Shown: positions 1 to 12,200 of the stretch, one piece after another
How the letters are laid out: each line of letters starts with the position of its first letter
Position numbering within the stretch: the first letter of the stretch is position 1
Assembly (NCBI GenBank): GCA_951406725.2
Contig: OX597835.1
Location: forward strand, 992,001 to 1,056,000
DNA: 64,000 nucleotides
Reading direction: 5' to 3'
Source of the DNA: Octopus vulgaris
Lineage: Eukaryota
Made by a program: the position numbers and the translations under genes
The notes under the pieces: model-generated
Database searches by the model: none
Seen by the model: only the letters and a program-made list of their open reading frames with translations
Told to the model about the DNA's origin: nothing

Positions 1-64
1 TCTTGGAAAACTGTACTTCTCAAAATATTCCAACCTAGAATTAGTTATTATATATATATATATA

Positions 65-532
65 CTAGCATTATGACCCGTCGTTGCCAGGTCATAGTGC
101 TAGTGCATGTATATATGTGTATATATATATATGTGTACATATTACATGTACATCTATATATATACATCTACACATAAAATACAAAATACAAAGTTATATC
201 TTGATATCGCTAGTGATAACAATACTCAAAATATGTAACAGACTGGAATTGTTAGCCCATCTCTTGTAATTTCAATCAATTGTATCTTGTCCTCCCTCTT
301 GTATAGAAGTGTGGCTACAATCCAGCCTACCTCAACTTCTGGGGGGTGGGGACATTTTTAATTTTTATCCGGCATGTTCTACATCCCAGATATAAAGGTA
401 AAAATAAAATATGAAACTACATGGACCCTAAGTAAGGCATGTGTAAAATTTGAATGAAATTGGTTGTGTAGTTCTCAAGTTTTAGGGAAACACACAGACA
501 GACACACATTCTCAGTTTTATATATAGAGAGA
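65..532 (-). mobile_element. Non-autonomous Helitron-like element
   Basis: On the - strand it starts TCTCTCTATATATAAAA and ends with a GC-rich hairpin (ATGACC...GGTCAT) plus CTAG; termini related to 61634-61995. Confidence 0.6.
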
Positions 533-601
533 TATATAGCGTCTGTAAACATAAATCCCAAAAAAGAAATACACTCTAAGTTATAGAGCAGTATATGTTA
601 T

Positions 602-899
602 GGAGGCACATGGCCTAGTGGTTAGAGCAGCAGACTCGCAGTCGAGGAATCGCGGGTTCGAATCTCAGACCGGGCAATGTGTGTGTTTATGAGTGAAACA
701 CCTAAGCTCCACGCAGCTCCAGCAGAAGGTAATGGCAAACTTCTGCTGATTCTTTCGCCACAACTTTCTCACTCTTTCCTCCTGCATTTAGCAGCTGACC
801 TGTGATGGATCAGCGTCCCGTTCAGGTGGGGAACCTATACACCAAGAAAACCGGGAAGCCGGCCCTTATGAGCCAGGCATAGCTCAAGAAGGAACAAAC
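602..899 (+). mobile_element. tRNA-derived SINE
   Basis: Pol III A box (TGGCCTAGTGG) and B box (GGTTCGAATC) head, then a non-tRNA body and AAAC tail; related copy at about 2745-3040. Confidence 0.75.
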
Positions 900-1620
900 A
901 TATATTAAATTTAGATAAGGCTGGTTTATGGGATTACCTTAGGTTTCATAGGTCTAACTTTATGGCATATCATCAGATCCCAAAATCTGTTGGTTAAAGG
1001 CCTCTCTTGAATATGACGGTTGAAAGGACCCTGTTATTCAATGTCAACAAAGGGGATTGTCTCTCCTTAGCTATCAATCACCGATGTCAACAAAGGGGAT
1101 TATATCTCTTTGGCTATCGATCACTGGTATTCTGTTATCCCATATGTTACAATAGGTTACCAGAAATTTCCTGAAGAGTAAGCACAGTCCAAAGACCTCC
1201 ATTCTGGAGTTCAGGATGTTTCCTGGGTCGAGGGATTCCTCTAGGGTCCTCGCCTATTCCATTATGCATAATTTATAGCAACTGGTCCTGTTAATTTAGG
1301 GGCCTAGATTTTCTCCATGATATTGTGTATGGAATTCTATCATCTATCAGCTGCCATATATGGTTGGCTAATGATGTGACGAATTCCCTTTCTGGTATCC
1401 TGAAGGAAGATCTGTGGTTGGAAAGGCATTGTTTGAACGAGTTCCTGGAACAACCGATGTATTGCCAGGGTCGAGTGTTGGCAGTGGTGTGCATGTTGGT
1501 ATTGGCCACTCACTAGAGAGGCATTTAGCCAACAGCTTTAGGGATCTGATGAAATGTCATAAAGCTAACCCCTTTCTGGACATGAAACCTAAGGTAACCC
1601 TTGTCTAACTTTAATATACA
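900..1620 (-). mobile_element. Truncated Penelope-like element: GIY-YIG endonuclease fragment flanked by inverted pseudo-LTRs
   Basis: ORF 1291-1509 (QYIGCSRNSFKQCLSNHRSSFR...TSLANHIWQL...YTISW) resembles the PLE GIY-YIG domain; about 900-1006 and 1516-1619 are inverted copies. Confidence 0.8.
1541..1600 (+). ncRNA. Minimal type I hammerhead ribozyme in a Penelope pLTR (inverted copy at 930-981)
   Basis: gggat-CTGATGA-a-atgtc...gacat-GAAA-cctaagg-TA-accc; the - strand copy at 930-981 has a perfect gggat/atccc stem I. Confidence 0.7.
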
Positions 1621-2393
1621 TATATGTGTACATCGTGTGTGTGTGTGCGGGTATGAATAAATGTGCATGTGTATGGTTACATATATATGTGGGTGTATAT
1701 GCATGTGTTCCATGCGAGTGTGAGTGAGCATATGCATTATAGCATCTGCTTATTTTAGATGCGTATTTGAATATAATTGTGTGCATATGGGTATGTGCAC
1801 ATGTATGGTTGCATATATATATGTGCATATATAGGCGTATGTGTGAGTGTGCATGTATGTTTCGCGTGAGTGTGAGTGAGCATATGCATATAGGCACATG
1901 TACGTGGGTGTGTGTGCGCGCATGTGTATGTATGTACATACGCGATTTCTATGAGCATTTTTACTTGTTTACTTTCTCCCCTTCAGTTTTTCCCCTTATT
2001 TAACGGTCATTCTAATAATAGCTCTTTTGTTTTAATAACGGTCAATTACATAGTAATTTCCCTTTATTCAACAGTCATTTTCATAGCATCTTTTGATTGC
2101 CTTGATAACTGACAAAATGCTGGAGCAGATTTCCGCCCCGATATCTGAAACTCTGAGTTTTATTTTGGCAACCAAATAATTGTGACATATTATATCACAG
2201 ATAAATTCCTCTATTTACATAATATCAAGGTCTCATTCATTCTTTTGTTGTCTTACCATTATTATTAATATATATATGTGTGTGTGTGTGTGTATCATCA
2301 TCATCGTTTAGCGTTCGTTTTCCATGCTAGCATGGGTTGGATGGTTCGACCAGGGTCTGAGAAGCCAGGAGGCTGCACCAGGCACCAGTCTGA

Positions 2394-2439
<46 letters not shown>

Positions 2440-3169
2440 TATGTATATATGTGTGTGTGTATATATATATATATATGTGTGTGTATATGAGTGTGTATTT
2501 TTACTGACTCATTGCCATGACATCAGGCAGTAGTTGTAAGCAAGTGTCACTGTTATGGAAGAGGTGTTCTTTGTTTTTTCAATCTTCCACGTAATCGTGT
2601 TTGGCCATGGTGAAATATTACCTTCCTTGGAAAGAACTAAGGTTTGGCAATGGGAAGGACATCTGGCTATATGAAAACTGTCTGATCCATGTGAGCACAC
2701 AAAACTGGATGTTTCATATATACATACATTATATTACGTGGACAATGGCCCAGTGGTTAGGACAGCGGACTCGCGGTCAAAGGATAGTGGTTTCGATTCC
2801 CAGACCGGGCGTTGTGAATGTTTATTGAGCGAAAAACACCTAAATCTTCATGAGGCTCCAGTAGGGGTGGGTGAGTGGGTGATCCCTGCTGTACTCTTTC
2901 ACCGCAACTTTCTCTCATTCTTTCTTCTGTTGGCCTGCTCACTTAGCCAGCAGGGTGGCGTCATTGAAGGCTAGAACAATGTGAAGCACATTGTGACCAG
3001 CGATGTGTAGCAACATCTGATGGCCTGGTTGGTCACGTGATTACGTGGACAATATTTTCAACCAAGACATTACAACTATACCTGTTCATGTGCTTCAGTT
3101 GTGTGTGTGTGCATACATGAGTATGCTAGAAGTTAATATAACATGAAAAACGTACATCTATTTTTTTAT

Positions 3170-4520
3170 AGAGAAAGTAGGGTGTGCATTAGGGTTTGTG
3201 GTGAAGTGAGTGGTTTGATGTGAAGGTGGGGTTAAGACAGAGTTGGGTGATGTCTCAGTGGCTGTTTAATTTATATATGGATGGTGTAAATGCTAGAACT
3301 CTTGGTAGGGGAGTCCAAATGGTGGGAGAAAATGGAGAGAAAGGCAGGTGAGTCAGTTGTTGTTTGCTGATGATACAGAACTGGTGGGGGATTCAGAAGA
3401 GCAACTGAGGAGACTGGTGGTAGAGTCTGGAAAAGTGTGTGAGAGGAGGGAACTGGAACTGAATGTAGCTAAGAGTAAGGGGATGAGATGTTGGAGAGAT
3501 GGAATGGCTGGTAGGATGGATGGGAGTATAAATGGTGAGATGCTGGAGGAGGTGAGTGTTTTTAAGTATCTGGGATGGTGGGGTTAGCTGAGGCAGTGGG
3601 ATATCGAGGGAGGTAGGTGAGTATGATACTTGGAGTTGTGAAAGGTAAGCTGAGAGATAAAAGACTGAGTATGAAAGTGGAAAGAAGTGTGTATGAGGGC
3701 ATGATTGTGCCGACAATGTGATATGGTGCAGAGACATGGGGGCTGAGAGAGGTGGAAAGGAGGCAACTGGATGTGTTTGAGATGAGATGTTTGAGGGCTA
3801 TGGATGGTGGGACATGGATGGATAGGATGAAGATGAGCAGGAATGAGAGAAAAACTTTATTGAGGTAAATGTCTGTCTGCCTGCATGAGCACCAATGGCG
3901 AGCAACTAACACACGTCTTACTTGCAGATGAGACTGGACTGATCGTTGAAAGCAGAGGCCAGCTGCAGACCATAATGACAGCCGGACATTCAGAGGTCAG
4001 CAACAGGCCTTAAAGTGAACTGTTTGAAAATAAAATGTATGTTGGAAGATGTAGCAGAAAGCCGAATAGAGGTGGGAAGCAATGAAATCGAGGTGGTAAA
4101 GGAGTATGCCTCCTTAGGTCACACAGTGAATATGGATGCTGAGGTTTCAAAGTGAATAAGAGCAGGCAGAGAGACATTTACCTCAATAAAGGATGTGCTA
4201 TACTGCAAAGAGGATAGAACATCGATTGGCTACAACGCAAAGGGCAATGAAAAGATCCATACTTGGAATATTGTGAGAGCATATTCGAAATATAGTAAAA
4301 TTCGAGAATGGTGCGGAGTGAACGATGTTATCGCAGAATACTGAAATCACAAGTTTCACTGGGCCTAATGTTGCAAGGCTCACAGACAACAGGTGAAGTT
4401 CTGCAGTTGCCAAGTGGCAACCAAGGAATTGGAAAAGGCCATTAGGAAGGCAATAGGAAAATTATTTAGTTAAGCGATTTCGATCAAGAAGGGGAAAAAA
4501 ATGATGCAATCAAGGCAGAA
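3170..4520 (+). mobile_element. Degenerate RTE-clade LINE reverse transcriptase fragments
   Basis: QLLFADDTELV...LNVAKSKGM...VFKYLG and ...YGAETWG motifs, interrupted by stops and frameshifts. Confidence 0.75.
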
Positions 4521-5035
4521 TTGGAAGTGCATTGTGACCAGCGGTGTACAATAGTATCTGATGGCCTGGTTGATACTGTTATGAATCTGTAAACTTAGAT
4601 TCACTATTTTTTCTATTTCCGATGCAAACCTGACATTTAAAACTCGCCACTTCCTTGATTCTCTCATTGTTCCACGTTTTTGCCTCACTAGATCTGTAAT
4701 TAAAGGCATTCCAGTCATGACCATCCAGTATTTTCGATTTCTCAGACGTAATTCGTCTGATACATTATCTAGTGTGTCCTGTTTTTATTCTGTAGAGGAC
4801 GAATTGGCTCACTTGTTCGTTTCCTATGCATTGTCCTGTGTGCCCTTAATTTAAGACGGATGGGAGGAGGGTGTGGTTCCGAGGGGAAATCTGGTTGCTA
4901 ATCCAGAGTAGGTTGAAGAACCATTTAGCGGTTCCATCATTGGATTTACCTTGTTTCCAATGAAATATGTGGTTTGTACGAGCACTCATAATTGGAGGTA
5001 AAAAAAAACAGGTCATTTAAGACAAGCCGCAAATG

Positions 5036-5439
5036 AAATGAAAGGAAAAATAGGAGAGAGAGAGAGAGAGAGAGAGGGAGGGAGAGAGGAAGAAAGAGGG
5101 AGGAAGAGAGAGAGGGGAGAGAGGAAGAAAGAGGTAGGAAGAGAGAGAGAGGAAGAAAGAGGGAGGGAGAGAGGAAGAAAGAGGGAGGAAGAGAGAGAGG
5201 GGAGAGAGGAAGAAAGAGGTAGGAAGAGAGAGAGAGAGAGGAAGAAAGAGGGAGGAAGAGAGAGAGGGGAGAGAGGAAGAAAGAGGTAGGAAGAGAGAGA
5301 GAGGAAGAAAGAGGGAGGGAGAGAGAAAGAGCGAGGGAAGAAGAAAGAGGGAGGAAGAGAGAGAGAGAGAGGAAGAATGAGGGAGGGAGGAAGACAGAGG
5401 GAGAGAGAAAGAGCGAGGGAGGAAGAGAGAGAGAGAGAA
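5036..5439. repeat. Polypurine (GA-rich) low-complexity tract
   Basis: About 400 bp of almost pure A/G on the + strand, with imperfect GAGGAAGAAAGAG repeats. Confidence 0.95.
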
Positions 5440-5542
5440 ACACTTATCAATAACAACAATAAGCGTCGTTATCGCCGTCCCACACTGCTCCTCCGCACTG
5501 AATAGCTCGCCTATTTCTCATTGGCTATTATTTATACGCGAC

Positions 5543-5620
5543 ATGGCGGCTGGCGTAGGAAATCACTTTAGCGGAGCTGTTCTCCTCACCAACCTAGACG
5601 ACTTTATCACACCTTCACAG
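5543..5620 (+). CDS. CIAO3: CIAO3/NARFL coding exon 1
   Basis: ATG...[26 protein letters not shown] then GTAGAT donor; matches the NARFL N-terminus. Confidence 0.93.
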
Positions 5621-8600
5621 GTAGATTAATTATCTTTATAAATAACAAAAAAATTTTATAGCAACGAATATAAAGGGAATAAGTTGCCTCACAACTTTAA
5701 CCATGTTCGAAGCTGAGAATTGTGCTGTTAGTTTTAGTAGTAGGGCAATAATTTCAAAAGGGACTTTTCTCAGGCGACACCTATTTTAATGATCTTTTAA
5801 GGGAAGAAGCTTTGCATGTGACTAAGTTTTCGGGTTTGAAAATTTTTTTTTCATGTCTTTGAATTAGAATATATTCAGAGAAATATATAAATATAGGAGT
5901 AAGAAAAGATAAATGTAAACCGTGGCTGCTGTTTAACCTCAACTCGGGCCTAGAAGGCGTTCCATCCATGACTTTGCCGTATTAGTTCATCTCGGGCCAT
6001 GTTACATTTGTTCTCTGTTAATTTTAAACGGTTTTAATTGGAATTGAGATTTGGCTTTTATTTCTGGGAGGTTCACTAACAATGGTGCTCGCTCCTGGCG
6101 CAAGATATTTTTGCTTCTGTTATACTTTTACTCTTTTATTTGCTTCAGTCATTTGACTGCGGCCATGCTGGAACACCGCATTTAGTCTAGCAAATCGACC
6201 CCAGGACTTATTCTTTGTAAGCCTAGTACTTATTCTATCGGTCTCTTTTGCCGAACAGCTAGATTACGGGGACGTAAACATACCAGCATCGGTTGTCAAG
6301 CAATGTGGGTGGGTGACACACACATATATATACACGACGGGCTTCCTTCAGTTTCCGTCTACCAAATCCACTCAAGGCTTTGGTCGGCCCTAGGATACAG
6401 TAGAAGACACCTACCCAAGGTGCCACGCAGTGGGAATGAACCCGGAAACTTTGTTTCAATTAAAGAATATTCTTAGTTAATTACTAAGGCCACCGAAAAA
6501 AACGAGTGTAATAGGTGTAAAAAAAAATGTATATTAAACGAATCTGAAAACCAAAATTTGCGCCAACGAACTGGGGTGGGGAGAGGACTTTCAGAAAATT
6601 CCGAAGACCCGATATTTTCCCTCATAACTTTTAGGAAAATGGATATCTTTTGATGGAATTTTATAGAAAACCTTTCAAGCGGCGTAGATTACGATTATAA
6701 AGATATTTGTGGGGTAAAGTTTTTTTTTTCGAGGAGGACTTTTAGAAGATTCACACGATCCGATTTTTTCCCTTATAGCTTTTAGGAAAACGGATATCTA
6801 TTAATGAAATTTTATAGGATTATCTTCCAAACGGCATAGATTACGACTATAAAGAAATTTGTGGGGAAAATTTTTTTCCAAGGGGAAAACTCGGCCTTGC
6901 TTTTATTCCATAGTGAGACTCAACACTGTATGAATTTGTTTCTCTCATCATGATACAAAAGATCTTTTTAAAAACCTTTATCTATTACTCAAACGACAAA
7001 TAAACGAATCTAAACATTTTTTTCCAACTTTTTTCCATTACACTGAAGCAAAAAAATAATTTATGAATTTCTTTCTCTTCGAATGTCCTCCTCTTACCTC
7101 ATCGGAAAAAAACATTTTCCCCACAAATTTCTTTATAATCATAATCAATGCCGCTTGAAAGGTATTTATATAAAATTTCATTGAAAGATATCCATTTCCC
7201 TAAAAGTTATGATGGGGAAAAAATCGGATCTTGTGAATTTTCCGAAAGTCCTCTCCCGACCTCACCCCGGTTCATGGACGCAAATTTTTGTTTTCATATT
7301 CATTTAATACACATCTTTTAACACCTATTTTTTTGTTTTGGTGGCCGAGTGTTAAAGTAGTAATTAGCCAAAAAAATGTTTTAACGTGGCCTTACTATTC
7401 TGAAAGTCCCTTCTCCGCCAAGTTCCTTTGTCGGTTGGGGATGTAAAGCGTGACTCTGGCCCCAGATCAGCCCTGACCGAACTGACCTATGATCAGTTAA
7501 AAGGTTCCATCTGTCAATATGTGACCATCTCAACAAATTGTAACTATATTATGAAATGTTTCGATTTTTTGGCAGTAGGGTGTTATTTGAGGAAATTTAA
7601 CTGGTGTTTCTAGCAGATTGCATGACCTCGTACCTGCATGTCCTGTCGAGGTCTGTGGTCATTTTATTCACCTTTCGTAAAACTGGTTCTAAGTATTCTA
7701 ACCTCAATGAATAGAAGCAGGCGGAGGTGGAACTGAATGAATGAATGAAGCAAATAACAATAGTGCCGGCATACTTACACAAGTGTACCAATAGTGCGAA
7801 ATATTTACCATTCATGGATAGATTGCTCATCCCACCCCCGCCTCCGAAAACCGATTATTCATTGATAAAAGCGATCCTCTATTCCTGCACGAGTCTATAA
7901 TTTGCTAAAACGGGTAATTAGTCGTAAGAAGTAGAGATATAATATATATATATAACGAAACAGGTAAGAGGATGCTTAAAGGGGGAATTAAAGCGGCCCT
8001 GGTCGAAATATACGTTTTTCTCTCCTTAGTTATTTAATATCCATCCATGCTCTTTCTACTTTCATATTTCAAGGTTTGTCGGTTTTGTGGCGGCTTCCAC
8101 AAACGTTTAGCTTTGTAAGTGTTTATCAACATAGAACGACGCAGTTTATTTTCGTGGGGAGGCTGAGTGTGTTTTCTTTCTCCTCTTTCAGACTATAATA
8201 CCTTCAGTACAGAGAGAAAGCGAGAGGGTGGGGGGGGGAAGAGAAATTAAGAAACGTTGGTATTTATATCAAGAAGGAAAATGAAAATGGCTTATTTACA
8301 ACCGAGAAACAGAACTTGTTTGCTCTCCGTGCATTTTTTTATGCTTAACGACGATTGCCACACGTTTTTCTGGATTTTGAAATCGCCGAGTTGTTCGTGT
8401 TTTTAATGCAATGCGGATTTCACTTTGGAAACACTTCACTGTTTGGGAGACGCACACCATCCAGTCTCTTACTTTCATAAGAACATCCAAAGACATTTCT
8501 AATTAAGATGTGGAAGTGCAAAAGGCCTGTCTGAACAACCGCACACACACGCACACAAAGGAACCTTGCCATATCCACGCGCACACAAAATACTCCAATA

Positions 8601-9230
8601 GAAGGGTTTATGCAGTACTAGTAATAAATTACATCGGAGCAGAATTATGATGGGTCTTTCAAGCCCAACAAATACCGTTTTATTTTGTAAAACTATTGAT
8701 ATATTTACTAATTAAGCATCAAAGTGTTACATCACACATCTGCAACTTTCTCTTTCTCTCTCTCTCGGGGTGTTTCGAGGTTACGATGAACGATCGGCCA
8801 CAAACAATTGTCGCGGGTTGAACACTCGATCTCATATCAAATAGCTCGTCAAACAACTTCGAAACGGTACGTGTGTGTGTATATAAATATGTATGTATAT
8901 GCGTTTGCATGTATATTGAAATGATAACCACTTACGTGTCCGAGACAGTTAATTCCCTCCGTTTGAACACCAATCACTGATGAAACCCCTGAAATACAGA
9001 GCCCCATTCGTTCGTCAAGGGAGTTGGTTTTGTTGTTTGAGTATTTTGGGTGGGGAGTGGAAAGGAATAGAGATAAAAGTTTCACCACAAGACTTGACGA
9101 CGTAGATAATTCCTGCTGCTGCAGTTCCTGCTACTGCTTTCACGAGTGTTGCTGCCGTTGCTGCTACATAAACACCGATTCCAAATCGATCAAATATGGG
9201 TCTGCTATATATGCGTGTGTGTCGTGTGTG

Positions 9231-9294
<64 letters not shown>

Positions 9295-12200
9295 TGCGTG
9301 TGTGTATGGGGATGTATTTATATAAATTGGCTTTTTGGAACTCTTTTATTTATTTTATATGTATGTATTTTCATCTTTTGTGTGGTATGAGAAATGCTGC
9401 TTTCTCGGTGGTACTTGTTGATTTACTCCAAGGAAATGAAGAAAGCAGGAAACACCAAAGTAAGCAATGGAATGGAGTGAGTCCCCATAATGTGCTAATT
9501 GTATGAGGAGGATGATGGTGGTGGTGGTGGTGGTGGCGGCGGTGATAGTAGTTAGTGCTCTGCGCTGGTTTCAATGTAATAATAGTTATGGTGGAAACAC
9601 AATGCCAAGATATTTGTTGCCAGTCACGCATTACTTAAGCTTGGACTTTCCAAGACAATCATTTCGTCGTCTTCTTCTTACGGAGAAAGCAAAATGCCGT
9701 TTTCCTTTCGTTTTCACAATTTCCTTTCACTCGGTCGTCTCCTGTCTTTCTCTCCACCTTGTCTTCTTCTTCCAGTCCGCCTTCAGTATCCTTCACTTGC
9801 TCGATTCATCTCCGCTTCCTCCTCCTCCCCTTTCTCTCTAGCTCGAATCTCTGTTTCCTCTTCAGCTTGAAAACCTTTTCTTCTTCATATTTCTTCTCTC
9901 TCACTGGAAACCTTTTCCATATGTTTTCTCACGCTCCTACTCTGTCTACTTGCACGATCCTCAATGGTTCTGTCGTAGCCGCTTCTGCCAAAGCCTTCTA
10001 CCCCTCGTCCGGCTATCTACTTTCTGTTATGTACTAACGGAGAAACAGTCTATTTCTCTCTCTCTCTCTTCACCTTTTCATTGGAGCTTCTCTTCTTCCA
10101 GCCAAGTATTCAATCAGTTCATGTGATGACTAATTGTGATTCGTAACAGGTAGCCTTTGGTGCGCGTGTATAAGCAGCTCCGAATCGTCCTACATAGTTC
10201 ACCTGCTCCCCACCTATGGAGACCTCTTTCTTGTTATTCAGGTGTTCTGCATTGCTATTCATTATTGGTCCTTCAGTTCTATTGCCGACCTCACTCTTTT
10301 ACTCAGTGTAAACCTCCCACTTTTTCTTGATTGTTTTCATTTGTATTTCGTCATTTTACTGTCCACAGACTTTTTAGACGATTAATAAATAAAAAAATAT
10401 TATTTTTAATTCGAAAGCCTTCAACTTTCGCTTTCTCCAACCACGATATAATTTGTTACCAGAGTATCTTGGAACGCACTTCATGATGATATTGCTAGTT
10501 AACGTGATTTAATCAGGTGAGCCCTGATCAAACAGATCCCTGCTCAAAGGTGTTCCAGCTTTGACCATCTCATCACTTTATGTCAGGTACTACACTGTCC
10601 AACACGTCTCCTATGTAAGACACTGGGAAGTGATTTGAGGGAGATTTAGCAGCTCATTTTAGCAAGTAGAATGACCATGTGGAGGTGTCTTTATTGTAAT
10701 TATGGTTGTTGTGGGTTCAAGAGACAGCAGCAGACTTGAACATGGAGTGTATGCACTTTATGTTTGAGGCTCTGATGAAACTTTTCTAGGGAAAGAGGAC
10801 AAGATTAGAAAGGCCACCAATTCCTACATAGACGACATTTTGGTGGACGAAACTGTAGTGCCAGCCAACGAGGTAGTTCGGACTGATTGCGAAGCCACCG
10901 GAGTCGATGGAAGGGGGAGCTGCACTGGGGCTGAAGCTGCGAAGAGATAGATTGGGTGAATTGGTGTTCCGGAGAGGGAATGAAATCCCAGAGCTGAGTT
11001 CCAGCGTCAGCAGGAGAGAGCTGTTCTCGGTGTGTGGGAAGTTGGTCGGTCACTACCCGATCGCTGGATGGCTGCATACAGCGTGCAGTTACACCAAGAG
11101 ATGAGCGGAGGGGGAGAGTTGGGGCTACAAGATGGGAGAAGGGATGGTGGCGATGATGCAGAAAATCCTAGAGAGGACGAGAGTGAAAGACCCGGTCAGG
11201 GGGAACTGGTACGTGCCCAAGACAGAATGCAGGACCGTCTGGTGTGATGCTAGCAGTATAGCGATAGGGGTTGTGTTAGAGATCGAAGGTGCTGAGGTGG
11301 AGGATGCGGCCTCGCTTCGGAAAGCAGATGACTTTGACCACATCAATGTCGCCAAATTAGACACAGTGCTGAAGGGGGTGAACTTGGCCCTGAAATGGGG
11401 GCTGTGCACAATCGAAATCCAGACGGATTCAGCCACTGTGCTTGGCTGGTTAGGATCAGATCTCACCGGTGAGAGGAGAGTTCGGACGAAAGGTGCCGCG
11501 GAGATGTTGGTGAAGTGCCATCTAGGAGTTCTAGGTGAATTGATTGCCGAGTTTGGACTGAAGCTGAACGTGGTTTTCGTGCCTTTGGAGAGAAAAGGAG
11601 CAGACGCACTGACCAGGGTAAAAAGGGCGTGGTTGGAGGAACCAGAGGAGGCACAGAAAGGGATAGCTGCAGCGTGTCGGTTGGATGACTCCGAACTGAA
11701 GAGACTGCACGCTATGCATCACCTGGGTGTGGACAGGACCCTGTATCTCGTGAAGAAAATTGATGCTGCCATTACTAGGAGAAGCATCTGGAAAGTGGGC
11801 GGGAGCTGCGGCAGGTGTCAGTCCATTGACCCTGCTCCGTGTGGGCATGCGCAAGGAAACCTTTTGGTGGAGCACAACTGGAAGAAGCTAGCTGTGGATG
11901 TGACGCACTACTGTCAAGGAATGTATCTCTCCATGGTCGACAGTGGGACAGGCCGGCTGGGCATTTGGAGGGAGTTGAGAACAGATTTTGAACGGGATAT
12001 CTTTAGAGAGGGGTCCCATGGAAGAACTGCTAATGGACAACGGGGCAGCATTGAGGGATATGCTCGACTGGTGGAAAGTGCATCACTTGTTCAGAGCAGT
12101 GTATAGGCCGAGCGGTAACGGAATTGTAGAGAGGCACCATCGGACAGTCGAGGCCATAGCGGAAAGAGGGTTTCGCTGCTGGAAGCAGTTTTTTGCTACA

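Noticed and set aside
602-675. tRNA-like sequence (also at ~2745-2810)
   Set aside because: A and B boxes are present but there is no proper acceptor stem, and it runs into a repeat body: a SINE head, not a tRNA gene.
4946-5459. ORFs of 83-165 aa over the GA tract
   Set aside because: Low-complexity translations of a simple repeat.
8977-9000. CTGATGA...GAAA hammerhead-like core
   Set aside because: No pairing stem II and no recognisable stem III/UH in this copy.
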